The notes: generated by a model not told the origin, from the letters alone. DNA of 64,000 bases from Candidatus Bathyarchaeota archaeon (GCA_963715865.1 OY970280.1:2112001-2176000); one strand, 5' to 3'; numbered from the stretch's first letter, positions 40,798 through 51,439 are shown. Numbers and translations are program-made.

Positions 40798-42891
40798 GTG
40801 AATGCATTAACAAAATTCGACGCGAGACACTGCCATAAATGGGCACAACTTTTACTCAAGCGGCAACAAAAACTCAATCAAGCCTTAACAGCCATAACAG
40901 AAGACGACTTTGATTTGGCAAAGCATTTGTTTTCTCAAATTTTTACCGGAGTAAACGGCGGCAAACAAGCTGACCCAGGCATGGCTGGTTCACTCTTGTA
41001 CCACATGGCTATGGTTACCAAAATGGAATCGGAAACGCGCATGCTAATTGATGAGTTGCATGTAGACTTACCTGACATATCCCTAAAATTAAGCAAAATT
41101 TACAGCGACTTTGAATCCGACGCGAAGGAACTAACCAAAGAAATCACGCCTTTTAACCTAGATTTTCAGGAATTAGCCGCAACCCCACGCTTGGGAACGG
41201 TTGAGAAAATTAATCTTTTCTCAAATTTAACTAAAGAAAACAAAACAGTAGAAAGCATGCTAAACAACAAGAGCTCCAAATCAGGCGAAGCATTAGAAAA
41301 ATTGTTCCGTGCTTGGGCAGAGCAGATTATGCGAATGCGCTTAATCCAAGAGTACGAAACAATCAAGGGTTTACTAGTTACAGCTGAACTGGTAAAAACT
41401 ATCGGCGTGCCAGCGCTTGAGAATGCAATGGAGAGGGTGCAGGACAGGTTCGGTCAAGAAACCGTTAACATATCTCTTGACGTGACGCTTAAAGTCGGCA
41501 TGCGGAGGGAAAAACTGCAATCAATCATGTTAAGCGACCACTTCATAAATTACACCATGGATGTAGAGAAGCTTGATGGGCACATGGAGTTTTTGAATTG
41601 TCCGATTTTTGGAAGCCACAAATACGCCGAGGAAAAATACGGTGTAAACCCTGAAGTGTCGGCTCTTTTTTGCACTCATTTCTGTTTTGCTCATGCCAAA
41701 GCGATGCTGGAGACGGTTCTTCCTTTTCCATTTACACTTTGGCAGCCTAAACGCATGGCAACACATGGCAACTGCGAGTTTTACTTAAAACTTTCATACT
41801 CGCCTGTGGCCAAGGCGTTTGAACGGTTTATTCCGCTTGTTATGTCTTGGAACATCACTCGTGAATGCAACATGAAATGCTCTCATTGCTACATTAACGC
41901 TACAGAGAAAAAACTTGACAACGAATTAACCACTCAAGAAGCCAAAAAGCTCATGGATCAAATCTTCCAAGTTAGCAGACCTCTGCTAATACTAAGTGGC
42001 GGTGAACCGCTCTTGCGTCCTGACGTTTTTGAACTAATCAGCTACGGCTCAAAGAAAGGTTTGAAGATGGGGCTGGGAAGCAATGGAAGCCTCATTGATG
42101 ATGATGTAGCGAGAAAACTCAAGGAAGCCGGTATAGCCACTGTTTCCATTAGTTTGGATTCCCATATTCCAGCGCAGCATGATGAATTTCGAGGAGTTGC
42201 TGGTGCATGGGAAAAAGCGGTCCAAGCCTGCAAGGCTTTGAGAAAAAACAATGTGCTTGTTCAAGTCAACACAACTTTAACTCAGCAAAATTACAATCAA
42301 ATCGATGATATAATGTCATTGGCTGAAAGCATAGGCGTTGAAAACTTCCACTTGTTTTTCCTTGTTCCAACAGGTCGCGGAACCAAATTAACCGATATTT
42401 CCCCAGAAAAGTACGAGGAAATGATTACAAAAACTTTCGCAAAAACAGCTAATCACAAACTAAACGTGAGACCCTCTTGTGCACCACAGTTTATGCGAAT
42501 CGCCAAAGAGATGGGCTTAGATATGAGGCAGTGGATTCGCGGTTGCATCGCAGGATTATACTATTGCCGCATTTACCCCAACGGAGACGTAACACCCTGC
42601 CCATACTTACCAATTAAACTGGGAAACATACGGGAAAAAAGCTTCCAAGAAATATGGTTCAACTCAAAAGTCTTCAACGCGCTGAGGGATCCAAATTCAT
42701 TGAAGGGCAAATGTGGCGCCTGCGAATACCGCTCTTTATGCGGTGGCTGCCGAGCCCGCGCTTACGGTCTCTCAAACGATTTCATAGATTACTGCGGAGA
42801 CCTCCACGAACCTGCAGAGTTAAAAAGCGACTATCTAACTGAAGACCCATGGTGTGTCTATCAACCAAAAAAGCCCCCGCAAAAGCCATAA
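40798..42891 (+). CDS. Radical SAM/SPASM protein (AhbC/AhbD/NirJ-like) with ~345 aa N-terminal extension
   Basis: WNITRECNMKCSHC (CX3CX2C), SGGEPL, SCAPQFMR, GCIAG, PCPYLP, GKCGACEY...CGGCRARAY. Confidence 0.9.
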   Translation: MNALTKFDARHCHKWAQLLLKRQQKLNQALTAITEDDFDLAKHLFSQIFTGVNGGKQADPGMAGSLLYHMAMVTKMESETRMLIDELHVDLPDISLKLSKIYSDFESDAKELTKEITPFNLDFQELAATPRLGTVEKINLFSNLTKENKTVESMLNNKSSKSGEALEKLFRAWAEQIMRMRLIQEYETIKGLLVTAELVKTIGVPALENAMERVQDRFGQETVNISLDVTLKVGMRREKLQSIMLSDHFINYTMDVEKLDGHMEFLNCPIFGSHKYAEEKYGVNPEVSALFCTHFCFAHAKAMLETVLPFPFTLWQPKRMATHGNCEFYLKLSYSPVAKAFERFIPLVMSWNITRECNMKCSHCYINATEKKLDNELTTQEAKKLMDQIFQVSRPLLILSGGEPLLRPDVFELISYGSKKGLKMGLGSNGSLIDDDVARKLKEAGIATVSISLDSHIPAQHDEFRGVAGAWEKAVQACKALRKNNVLVQVNTTLTQQNYNQIDDIMSLAESIGVENFHLFFLVPTGRGTKLTDISPEKYEEMITKTFAKTANHKLNVRPSCAPQFMRIAKEMGLDMRQWIRGCIAGLYYCRIYPNGDVTPCPYLPIKLGNIREKSFQEIWFNSKVFNALRDPNSLKGKCGACEYRSLCGGCRARAYGLSNDFIDYCGDLHEPAELKSDYLTEDPWCVYQPKKPPQKP

Positions 42892-43240
42892 AAATCCTTA
42901 CCGAGTTCTGTTAAAGAAAACCGCTTTGCCAAAAATTGCTTGCGACAGAAACTATTTAAGACATCGTTGTCTTTCAAAAACTTTAACCGGCAGTTAAAAC
43001 GGCTTTGGCAGCCCGCGAAAACGTGTACTCGGTGACTGCGGACCATCAAACAAAAAATTTGATGGCGATGAAAACATGATAGGAGCCCACAAATCAACAA
43101 ATTCGAAAGGTGCATGTATAGCAACAGCTTCGGTGAAGCTTACAAAAAGTCACTTTAATTCTAATCTAACCCCAACTATTTTTGAACGTTAGGAGGCAAT
43201 CAGAATCTCACATGCTGGCCTTTCTAAAAGTTTCTGGGGA

Positions 43241-44404
43241 ATGTTCAAGGAGACATCGTTAGCTTACTTATTTGACGTAGCTGGGCTACTTGCTGGTTTC
43301 CTAGTCGCTTACCAACTTGGTGTTTTCAGGCTCTCACCCTGGGCCTTGGCTCTTTATCCAACACTTATAAGTACAAGAGTAATTAGCGGTTTACTTAGTG
43401 GCCGCTTAAGCACTGCCTTGCATCTTGGCACTATTTACCCTCGATTTTCTGGAAACACAAAAAGCTTCTATAAATTAATCGATGCCATAATTGTGTTAAC
43501 TTTAGTAACAAGCCTAACGGTTAGCTTAATTTCCTTGTTTTTCGGTTACTTGCTTTGGGGCATAACCCTAGCTGATTTCTCAGCAATAGTATCAGTAATG
43601 GTTGCAACATTAGCAATAGGTCTGCTTTTTTCTTTAGTAACAATTAAAGTTGCCTTTGTTTCTTTCAAACGAGGATTAGACCCTGACATCGTAGTTTATC
43701 CAATAATATCTACAGCAGTCAGCATTTTCATAACACTCTGTTACATTGGAGTGTTAAATCTGTTTTTCTTTTTGCCCTATCTTGGCAGATTAACAATTCT
43801 CGCCATCGGCTTTACACATGTATTTCTCGTTCTATACTTGATATCACAGGACAAGCAGGAACCTGAATTCCTGAAAACTATAAGCGAATCTCTGATTATG
43901 CTGCTGTTTGTATCCATAATGGTAACCCTAACTGGAACCATTTTCAAAGGAATAAGTAACTTCGCAGAAAACCGAAAAGAAATTTACACAATTTATCCAG
44001 CCTTAATTAACATGGTAAGCAATGTAGGCTCAGTTGTAGGCTCCACCGCTAACACTAAACTTGCTTTAGGTTTACTTACGCCCTCTTTCTCCTCAATAAA
44101 AAATCATACTAAAAACATTACCAGCGCCTGGGTAGCCTCGTTTTTAATCTTCACCGTTTTAGCCCTCATATCTCTAGCAGTTAACCGTGTGTTTTCACTA
44201 TCCAGTGTGCTTAACTTTATGGTGATAATTTGGTTATCCAATGTAATAGCTGTCATCGGCATAGCGCTCTTATCTTACGGGGTCTCGATATTAACATTCA
44301 AAAGAGGCTTGGATCCTGATAATTTTGTCATCCCAGTTGAAACCTCGTTCGCAACTATAGTAACCTCAACAGCTTTACTGTTAGCTTTACTTCTAATCAG
44401 GTAG
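43241..44404 (+). CDS. MgtE-type membrane-domain transporter (two repeats)
   Basis: SGRLSTALHLG, RGLDPD twice, GSVVGS. Confidence 0.85.
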   Translation: MFKETSLAYLFDVAGLLAGFLVAYQLGVFRLSPWALALYPTLISTRVISGLLSGRLSTALHLGTIYPRFSGNTKSFYKLIDAIIVLTLVTSLTVSLISLFFGYLLWGITLADFSAIVSVMVATLAIGLLFSLVTIKVAFVSFKRGLDPDIVVYPIISTAVSIFITLCYIGVLNLFFFLPYLGRLTILAIGFTHVFLVLYLISQDKQEPEFLKTISESLIMLLFVSIMVTLTGTIFKGISNFAENRKEIYTIYPALINMVSNVGSVVGSTANTKLALGLLTPSFSSIKNHTKNITSAWVASFLIFTVLALISLAVNRVFSLSSVLNFMVIIWLSNVIAVIGIALLSYGVSILTFKRGLDPDNFVIPVETSFATIVTSTALLLALLLIR

Positions 44405-44466
44405 CTGAGGAGCATGATTAAAATAATTCAGAGCAATATGTTATTGTGGAGTGCGACCTCTAGGGT

Positions 44467-45663
44467 ATGCCTAAATTTGAAAAGATAGAATACAAACCTA
44501 TCCCAGTCCGCGAGCTTTTACTTGAAATGAAAAATCTATCTGAACTAATGATTGATTTAGCCTATTCCTCAGCGTTGTATAATGATAAAGACCTTGCTGA
44601 AGACGTTCTCGCGCTTGAAAGTCGGGTAGACACGTTAGCATACCTTTTAGACATGGTAATAATGGTTGCTGCAAGAGACCCAAAAGACGCAGAGGCAATG
44701 GTTGGCATTTCCAAAGTGGCTTCTTCCACAGAAAAAATTTCAGATGCCGCCGCCGACATAGCAGCCATAGTAACGCGCAATATTGGCATTCACCCCATAG
44801 TTGGCGAAATTTTTGAAAAAGTGGAAGAGCGCTTAATGAAAGCGACCGTGAAAGCCAATTCAGCGATTGTCAAAAAAAGGATAGGTGAACTTGATTTAGC
44901 AGCAAGAATGGGCGTTGATATTATTGCCATCCGCCGAAATAACGATTGGATACTCAACCCCGAGGATGCAGAAAGAGTCTTCCAAGGGGACGTCCTAATT
45001 ACGCGTGGAGCGCCATCAGGCATTGAAGAGTTTAAAGATTTAGCTGAGGGAGAACTTGCAAAATTAGACGTTGAAAAACGCGTGAAATTTGAAGAAATAG
45101 TTTCAAGATTCGTTGAACTCAAGGACACATCCGAGTTAATGTTAGATTTAGCTTATTCTTCCCTCATGTTAAACAGTAAGGAACTAGCTGAAGAAGTCCA
45201 GCGCCTTGAAGAACGCATGGACCAAATGCACACTGATTTCGAACTGCTTGCTTTAACCAGCGACTTCAAAAAAGAAGAAGCCGCAGGTTTCCTAGGTTTA
45301 ATTCGGTTAGGTGTAGCTACAGAAAAAATTGCTGATGCAGCTGCAGATATTTCTGAGGTTGTTCTAAGAGGTATTGAACCGCACCCAGTTTTGAAGCTGA
45401 CAATTAAAGAAGCAGAGGAAACGGTTGCTCAAGCTTGTGTTACTGCGGATTCTCCGCTTGTAAATAAGACTTTAAAAGAAGCGCGTGTGCATGAAGAAAC
45501 CGGCATGTGGGTTTTAGTAATTAAAAGAGCAGATAAATGTGTGCGTCCTCGAGCAGACTCAAAAATCCAAGCAGGCGACGTATTGATTGCTTCAGGATAC
45601 GCTGAAGGCGCTGATGACCTAAAGAAGCTTGCTTCTCCAGCCCAAGCGTGCAATGTCGAATAG
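44467..45663 (+). CDS. Tandem PhoU-like/TrkA-C (RCK_C) regulatory protein
   Basis: Two MK(N/D)xSELMxDLAYS PhoU-like units, each followed by a TrkA-C domain (IIAIRR; VLVIKR). Confidence 0.88.
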   Translation: MPKFEKIEYKPIPVRELLLEMKNLSELMIDLAYSSALYNDKDLAEDVLALESRVDTLAYLLDMVIMVAARDPKDAEAMVGISKVASSTEKISDAAADIAAIVTRNIGIHPIVGEIFEKVEERLMKATVKANSAIVKKRIGELDLAARMGVDIIAIRRNNDWILNPEDAERVFQGDVLITRGAPSGIEEFKDLAEGELAKLDVEKRVKFEEIVSRFVELKDTSELMLDLAYSSLMLNSKELAEEVQRLEERMDQMHTDFELLALTSDFKKEEAAGFLGLIRLGVATEKIADAAADISEVVLRGIEPHPVLKLTIKEAEETVAQACVTADSPLVNKTLKEARVHEETGMWVLVIKRADKCVRPRADSKIQAGDVLIASGYAEGADDLKKLASPAQACNVE

Positions 45664-45739
45664 TCAGCATCTTTATTTCAGATTCATTAACACTATAAGC
45701 CAGTAACCCCCAATTTTAAAGGAGAGAGCCAGTTTATCG

Positions 45740-46104
45740 TTGGTTAAAGAGAAAACGAGGGAAAAAGAACGTTTACCTGCCCGAACCCTTCATGTAGGAA
45801 AGATTTCACTAAGCCACTTAAAACCTTAAATTTACAGCAGGATTCAGCAGAGCCATATGCCGCCTGCCCGTACTGTTTAACAAAAATAACCGAAGCGCAA
45901 ATGGAGGCCGATGATGAACCAGAGAAAACACAAGTTGAAACAGTTCTTCCTAAAGAAAAGCCAACTAAAAATAAAGAAAAACCACCCGCCTGCCACTACC
46001 ACCTTGGCTACTTAAGTGAACGGGAACAGAAAGAGCAAATTCCTGACGAATGCATCGTTTGTAAGGATATTGTTGAATGCATGCTTAGAAAAATGAGGAC
46101 GTAA
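45740..46104 (+). CDS. Small two-zinc-finger protein (5' frameshift near 45750)
   Basis: In frame with ORF 45901-46104, the upstream sequence reads TCPNPSC...CPYC; C-terminus CHYH...CIVC...C. Confidence 0.6.
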
Positions 46105-46189
46105 TTTTTAATAAATTTAGAATATTTTTGCCAAGATAATTATAATTAAAAAAACTGAAGAAGTGAAAGATAGGAAAAATTGAAGAAAG

Positions 46190-46555
46190 TTATTTCTTTT
46201 TCTTTGTTGTTGCTTTTTCTTCGGTGGCAGGCGCTTCAGCCGGTTTGACTGGCTCTGGCGTTTCTACTTTTGGTTCTTCCTTTTTCTCTTCGATTTCAGT
46301 TGTAATTTCTTCGATTGGTTTTGGAGGCGGTGTTGTAGCCATTGTCCAACCGATCCATGCTCCTATGAACATTATAGCTACGAAGGCTACGAAGACCGGT
46401 ATTGCGATTACCCAGAATTGAACGTTAGCAGTACCGCTGAGTAGTCCGATAGTAACGAGCCATTGTGGATAGAATAGTGTTACAATATATAATACTGCAA
46501 CCAGAACGCAAACGAGTAGTATTGCTCCACCTATTGCTTGATCTTTGCTAACCAT
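46190..46555 (-). CDS. Two-TM membrane protein, DPM2-like, with acidic/Pro/Lys tail
   Basis: DQAIG...LY and AIPV...FIGAWIGWTM helices; TPPPKPIEE tail. Confidence 0.75.
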   Translation of the reverse strand: MVSKDQAIGGAILLVCVLVAVLYIVTLFYPQWLVTIGLLSGTANVQFWVIAIPVFVAFVAIMFIGAWIGWTMATTPPPKPIEEITTEIEEKKEEPKVETPEPVKPAEAPATEEKATTKKKK

Positions 46556-46629
46556 TTAAGTCACCACTTTATAGCCATGTATTATCTCAAGCAATTTAAA
46601 GTTTGTCATGCTTTTTAGTGTGCTCTTGT

Positions 46630-47886
46630 TCATGTTGTTCCCATTTCCCATGTTGATAGGTACTTTTTCTGTTCAGCTGTAAGCTTGTCGATTTTTACGC
46701 CTATCGTTTTCAGTTTTAGTTCAGCGACTTTTTCATCGATTTCTTTTGGAACTGTGAAGACTTTTGGCGTTAACTTTGCTGTTTTGGCTATGTATTCCGC
46801 GCACAATGCTTGGTTAGCGAATGACATGTCCATGACTTCGGATGGATGCCCTTCTGCAGCGGCTAAGTTTACTAGTCTGCCTTCGGCTAAAAGGTAAAGT
46901 TTTCTGCCGTCTTTTAGTGTGTACTCTTCTAGGTTGGGGCGCATGGTTCTTTTAGCGGTTGACATTGATTCTAAATCTTTTATGTTTATTTCCACGTTGA
47001 AGTGCCCACTGTTAGCCATTATAGCGCCGTCCTTCATTTTTTGCATGTGCTCCTGCCGTATTACATTAATGTCTCCTGTGGCTGTTACGAATATGTCACC
47101 TATGGGCGCTGCTTCGGCTATTGGCATGGCGCGTAAGCCGTTCATTACTGCTTCCAATGCACGGATGGGCTGGACTTCTGTTATTATAACGTTGGCGCCT
47201 AAGCCTTGAGCTCGCATGGCTATGCCTCTTGAGCACCATCCGTACCCGCAGACTACGAAGGTTTTGCCTGCTATCAATGTGTTTGTGGCTCTTAGGATGC
47301 CGTCGATTGTGCTTTGTCCTGTTCCGTAGCGGTTGTCGAAGAGGTATTTTGTGTAAGCGTCGTTAACGGCTACGATGGGATATTTCAGGCTACCGTCCCT
47401 TTCCATCGCCCTTAAGCGGATTACTCCTGTAGTGGTTTCTTCTGTTCCACCTTTGACATTTTTTAGTTCAGCTTGGCGTTTGCTGTGTAAGGTACCGACT
47501 AAGTCTGCACCGTCGTCAAGGGTTATGGATGGCTTGTAATCTAGCACGTTGTCTATACACTTGTAGTATTCTTGGGTGTTTTGCCCTCTCCAAGCAAAAA
47601 CGTGAACACCTTTATCCGCTAATGCTGCAGCCACGTCATCTTGGGTTGAGAGCGGGTTGGAACCGCATAACACGATTTTGGCGCCTCCAGCTGTTAATGC
47701 TTGAACCAGAACGGCTGTCTCTTTTGTTACGTGGAGGCATGCACCTAAAGTCAGGCCTTTTAGGGGTTTTTCTTTTTCGAACCGGGTTTTAATCAGGTTT
47801 AGTACGGGCATGTGGCGTGATGCCCATTCGATCTGTAGATGACCTTGCGGTGCTAAATTTTTATCTTTAACTTGGAATTCTTCCAT
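46630..47886 (-). CDS. ahcY: Adenosylhomocysteinase
   Basis: [42 protein letters not shown]. Confidence 0.98.
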   Translation of the reverse strand: MEEFQVKDKNLAPQGHLQIEWASRHMPVLNLIKTRFEKEKPLKGLTLGACLHVTKETAVLVQALTAGGAKIVLCGSNPLSTQDDVAAALADKGVHVFAWRGQNTQEYYKCIDNVLDYKPSITLDDGADLVGTLHSKRQAELKNVKGGTEETTTGVIRLRAMERDGSLKYPIVAVNDAYTKYLFDNRYGTGQSTIDGILRATNTLIAGKTFVVCGYGWCSRGIAMRAQGLGANVIITEVQPIRALEAVMNGLRAMPIAEAAPIGDIFVTATGDINVIRQEHMQKMKDGAIMANSGHFNVEINIKDLESMSTAKRTMRPNLEEYTLKDGRKLYLLAEGRLVNLAAAEGHPSEVMDMSFANQALCAEYIAKTAKLTPKVFTVPKEIDEKVAELKLKTIGVKIDKLTAEQKKYLSTWEMGTT

Positions 47887-48052
47887 GAATATTCCTTCTT
47901 TTTTAGGAAGAGTGTGTCTTCTACCTATTTAGAATTTGCTTCACGTTAAGGGCAATTGCAATCAACGTTGGTACGTGGCCGACAACCACAGTTTATGGTT
48001 GGAAAAAGTTTAATTACAACTCGCTCAAAGCTAACTGTAAGAGGGTGCGTGA

Positions 48053-48658
48053 TTGAAGGAACCTTTTGCCAAATTTATTAAAGCCAATTTAGGACCCAAA
48101 ACGTTACTAATTACATGCGGATTGCCTGGAACTTGGAAAACAGAAACCTCAGAGGAAGTCTCAAAAATAAAAGGGTACCCCATTCTCCGAAGCGATTTAA
48201 TCCGTTTAGAAGTTTTAAAGAACGAGAATGTTTTTGATGCGAAAGTTGCAGGAAACATGAGTAAACGCATGTCCGTCTATGATGAAGTCTTTCGAAGGGC
48301 AGACGATTTGGCTGGAAAAAACGTTCCTGGCATTATTTTAGACGCAACCTTTGTCACTCAAGATTTAAGGCGGCGCGCAGCAGAAATTGCAGCGAAGCAT
48401 AACATGACGTTCATTATTTTGCAAACAAGCTGTCCTGAAGAAGTGTCTATCGCTAGGATTCAGAGGCGTACTAAAGAGAAGTATGAGTCAAACGCTTTAA
48501 CGGTAGAAGCGTACCTTGCTAACAAGAGCAAGTTTGAACCGGTGGACATTGAGGACCTAAAGAAAAATTATCCAACGCTCAAGACACTGCATTTAACAGT
48601 TGATACTTGCCGCGATAACACTGAGGACTGGTACGTTATAGGGATGGAAAAAAGGTAA
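48053..48658 (+). CDS. AAA_33 / COG0645 P-loop kinase
   Basis: GLPGTWKT P-loop, SDLIR, ILDATF, lid RIQRR. Confidence 0.82.
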   Translation: MKEPFAKFIKANLGPKTLLITCGLPGTWKTETSEEVSKIKGYPILRSDLIRLEVLKNENVFDAKVAGNMSKRMSVYDEVFRRADDLAGKNVPGIILDATFVTQDLRRRAAEIAAKHNMTFIILQTSCPEEVSIARIQRRTKEKYESNALTVEAYLANKSKFEPVDIEDLKKNYPTLKTLHLTVDTCRDNTEDWYVIGMEKR

Positions 48659-48675
48659 CGGGACACCGTTTCATA

Positions 48676-49542
48676 ATGATAATCGACTTACATATTCACT
48701 CCAAAGCTTCAGATGGAAAACTGACTGTTCAAGAAATTTTCAAAGAAGCAAAAAATCGAAACATCGGCTTTATGTCGATTACGGATCACGATTCTATTGG
48801 CTGCCAAACCCAAGCCTTAGCACTCGCTAAAATAGAGAATATTCGATATGTTTCTGGGGTCGAGTTAAACGTAACCTTCTCACACCCAAAGTACCACGAG
48901 AGCAAAGCGGTTTCGCTGGATTTCTTAGGCTACCAATTTGATGTCAATAATAAAGCGCTAGAAAGCAAGCTTGAGACAATGGCGAAATATCGAGAGGAAA
49001 GAGCAGCAAAAATCCTAGACAACCTTAACGCAGAATTCCAAAAAGAACACATAGCAACATTAACTAAGGATGATTTGAGGCAGATTGAAGAGTCAGTTGA
49101 CGGCGTGCTGGGCAGGCCTCACATTGCAGATTATTTGGTGAAGAAGAACATCGTTAAAACGCGACAGGAAGCCTTTGATAAATACCTTGTAAAGTGCGAC
49201 GTCCCCAAATACCCGCTTTACTTGGAAGAAGCATCAAAGCTTATCAGGGACGCTGGGGGAAAATTGGTTTTGGCTCATCCTAACGATCCTCATGGAACTT
49301 CGCTAGTAGCGTTAACTAAATCGTTACCGGAGCAAACGGAAATTATTCAAGAAAAAATGTTACCTTACATTGATGGCGTTGAATGTTGGCACTCAAGAAA
49401 CACGGCTGAAACAACAAACCACTATGTAAAGTTCGCAAAGGAACAGGGGTTAATGATGACGGGCGGAAGCGATTGCCACCAGAAACCAATCGTGATGGGT
49501 ACAGTTCAAGTTCCTGATTGGATAGTTAAGCAATTCGCATAA
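48676..49542 (+). CDS. PHP-domain phosphoesterase (TrpH/YciV-like)
   Basis: DLHIHSKASDG, ITDHD, GRPHIA, LAHP, TGGSDCH. Confidence 0.92.
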   Translation: MIIDLHIHSKASDGKLTVQEIFKEAKNRNIGFMSITDHDSIGCQTQALALAKIENIRYVSGVELNVTFSHPKYHESKAVSLDFLGYQFDVNNKALESKLETMAKYREERAAKILDNLNAEFQKEHIATLTKDDLRQIEESVDGVLGRPHIADYLVKKNIVKTRQEAFDKYLVKCDVPKYPLYLEEASKLIRDAGGKLVLAHPNDPHGTSLVALTKSLPEQTEIIQEKMLPYIDGVECWHSRNTAETTNHYVKFAKEQGLMMTGGSDCHQKPIVMGTVQVPDWIVKQFA

Positions 49543-49552
49543 TGAGAGCTTG

Positions 49553-50560
49553 TTACAGGTTTTTCGCGTAGTCGGCGGCTAGGTTGAAGTAGGCTTGTGC
49601 TTCTTTGGTTGCGGCTTTCTTTTCCTCGCTGTTCACGTTGGGGTCATCTAGTTTAAAGCTGATTACTTTACCACGTACATACGCCCTGTAGCACTTATAG
49701 AATGGAAGAAGCTTTGTTAACTGTTGGTCGTCAGAGTATGCTACATACCTATCAATGAAGTAAGCTGATAGGTCAGGCCTTTGTTGAAAGTCTAGGTCCA
49801 TGGCTAAAAATGCCACGTCTGAGGCTACGTCGGAGTACCTGAAGCGGTCGTTGAATTCTATAGCGTCAAAAATGTAGATTTTGTCTGTGATAAAGATGTT
49901 TCCTGAATGAATATCCCCGTGGCAGTCTCTAATTTTGCTGTCTTTTATTCTGCTTTCAAAAAGCGGCTTACTCTTCTCCATGAAGTTGGTGACTTTAGTC
50001 TCAATTAATTGGAACTTTGCCTGTGAGATTGTTTGACTGATGAATTTGAGGGTTTGCGCGAAATTTTCATCCCAGTTAGTCTTAACTATTTTCAGGGAAC
50101 CATACTCGTTTATTTCACTGCTCGTTTGTGCTTTGGAATGGAATTGCGCAATTATTCTTGCTATCTCATCAATCGTTTTATCGTCCACTTTGTTCTCTTT
50201 AAGGAGCACAGTCATGATTTTTTCTTGCGGCATACGCTTCATTTTTAAGGCATATTCAACGGTTTCGCCACCGCCTTTTATCTTGATAATTTTTGATTTG
50301 TTGATTGGTGCAACTTCAAGGTACATGTCTGGGCAAAGTCGTCTATTGAGCTCTAACTCTTTTTCACAGAAGAAGCGTCTCTTTTCAAGTGTGGAAAAGT
50401 CGAGAAATCCAAAGTTTACCGCTTTCTTCACTTTGTAAACAAAATTTTTAGTTAAGAAGATAAATGAGATGTGGGTTTGGATTAGTTCAATTTTGCCTGG
50501 GTCTTCAGGGTAAGCTTCAGGTTTCAGTAGGGCTTCGACCACTTGTTTTTGGGCGTGCAT
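49553..50560 (-). CDS. Aminoglycoside-phosphotransferase-like kinase (COG2187)
   Basis: IQTHIS, YKVKK, FSTLEKRRFFC, DCHGDIHSGN, FDAIEFNDRFR, YRAYVRGKV. Confidence 0.88.
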   Translation of the reverse strand: MHAQKQVVEALLKPEAYPEDPGKIELIQTHISFIFLTKNFVYKVKKAVNFGFLDFSTLEKRRFFCEKELELNRRLCPDMYLEVAPINKSKIIKIKGGGETVEYALKMKRMPQEKIMTVLLKENKVDDKTIDEIARIIAQFHSKAQTSSEINEYGSLKIVKTNWDENFAQTLKFISQTISQAKFQLIETKVTNFMEKSKPLFESRIKDSKIRDCHGDIHSGNIFITDKIYIFDAIEFNDRFRYSDVASDVAFLAMDLDFQQRPDLSAYFIDRYVAYSDDQQLTKLLPFYKCYRAYVRGKVISFKLDDPNVNSEEKKAATKEAQAYFNLAADYAKNL

Positions 50561-50815
50561 TGTTATGTTTCTTCCTTTAAAGCGGACACTCTTGTGAACA
50601 GGTATCCCAATAAATATAGGGATATCTATTTTGCGCGGTAACTTGATTGAGATATTACGATGATTTAATTAACTTTATATTCAGCCTGCTAAAGTAATTT
50701 AGGGATAGAAGTTGGAAACTGACACACCAAAGGACCTTAAAAAGTCACTCTTAAAGAGTGGCTATTCCAGTAACGCGACAAAAGAAATCGTCAAGTGGTA
50801 TTCTTCCCAGTATTC

Positions 50816-51439
50816 TTAGTCACGTTGAAATTGTTTCACATAACCTAAAACTTTGTCAGCCTGCTCTTTCGGAATGTGCTCATTCTGATACAGCGAATTA
50901 ACGATTTCAGAAATTTTAGCTAAAGCATGTACTCTGAAGCCGAGTTTCTCAAGGTTCTCTTTGCCACCTTGCTCCCGGTTTACAACCACCAGCAAGTGCT
51001 TAACGTTAGCGCCTAGCTCTTGCAGAGGTTTTATTCCTTCAACTTTGGATAAGCCTTCACTTACGACGTCATCGAAGAAAAGGATGCTATCGCCTTTTGA
51101 TACGTCTGCGCCCGCGATTCTGCCTGTAACCCCGTAGGCTTTTTCCTCTTTCCTGACCACGACACAGGGCAAGTTTACTTTGCAGGCGATACTTGGCACT
51201 ATCAACGCGCCCTTAAGCTCAATAGAGGCCAATTTGTCTATTCTATCAGAAAGCATTATCTGCTTAACCTGTTCAGCGGCAACCTCAGCTATGGCGCACA
51301 GATGTTCTGGTGAAGAAAGTAAACGGGCAAGGTCAATATAGTATGGGCTGATTGCTCCAGACTTAATTTTGAAAACCCCAAACTTAACGCATCCAGACAA
51401 ATAAAGAGCGGCAGCCACTTTATCGGTAATGCTTGACAT
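50816..51439 (-). CDS. pyrE: Orotate phosphoribosyltransferase
   Basis: FKIKSGAISPYYID, VRKEEKAYG, FFDDVVSEG. Confidence 0.9.
   Translation of the reverse strand: MSSITDKVAAALYLSGCVKFGVFKIKSGAISPYYIDLARLLSSPEHLCAIAEVAAEQVKQIMLSDRIDKLASIELKGALIVPSIACKVNLPCVVVRKEEKAYGVTGRIAGADVSKGDSILFFDDVVSEGLSKVEGIKPLQELGANVKHLLVVVNREQGGKENLEKLGFRVHALAKISEIVNSLYQNEHIPKEQADKVLGYVKQFQRD

Noticed and set aside
42861-43124. Small wHTH regulator (LTELGKDFY wing-like motif)
   Set aside because: Only the last few residues fit and the upstream helices do not; it overlaps the neighbouring gene end, so it is not supportable
47887-48050. SAH riboswitch upstream of ahcY
   Set aside because: Only weak AT-rich hairpins; none of the conserved SAH-riboswitch sequence elements are visible
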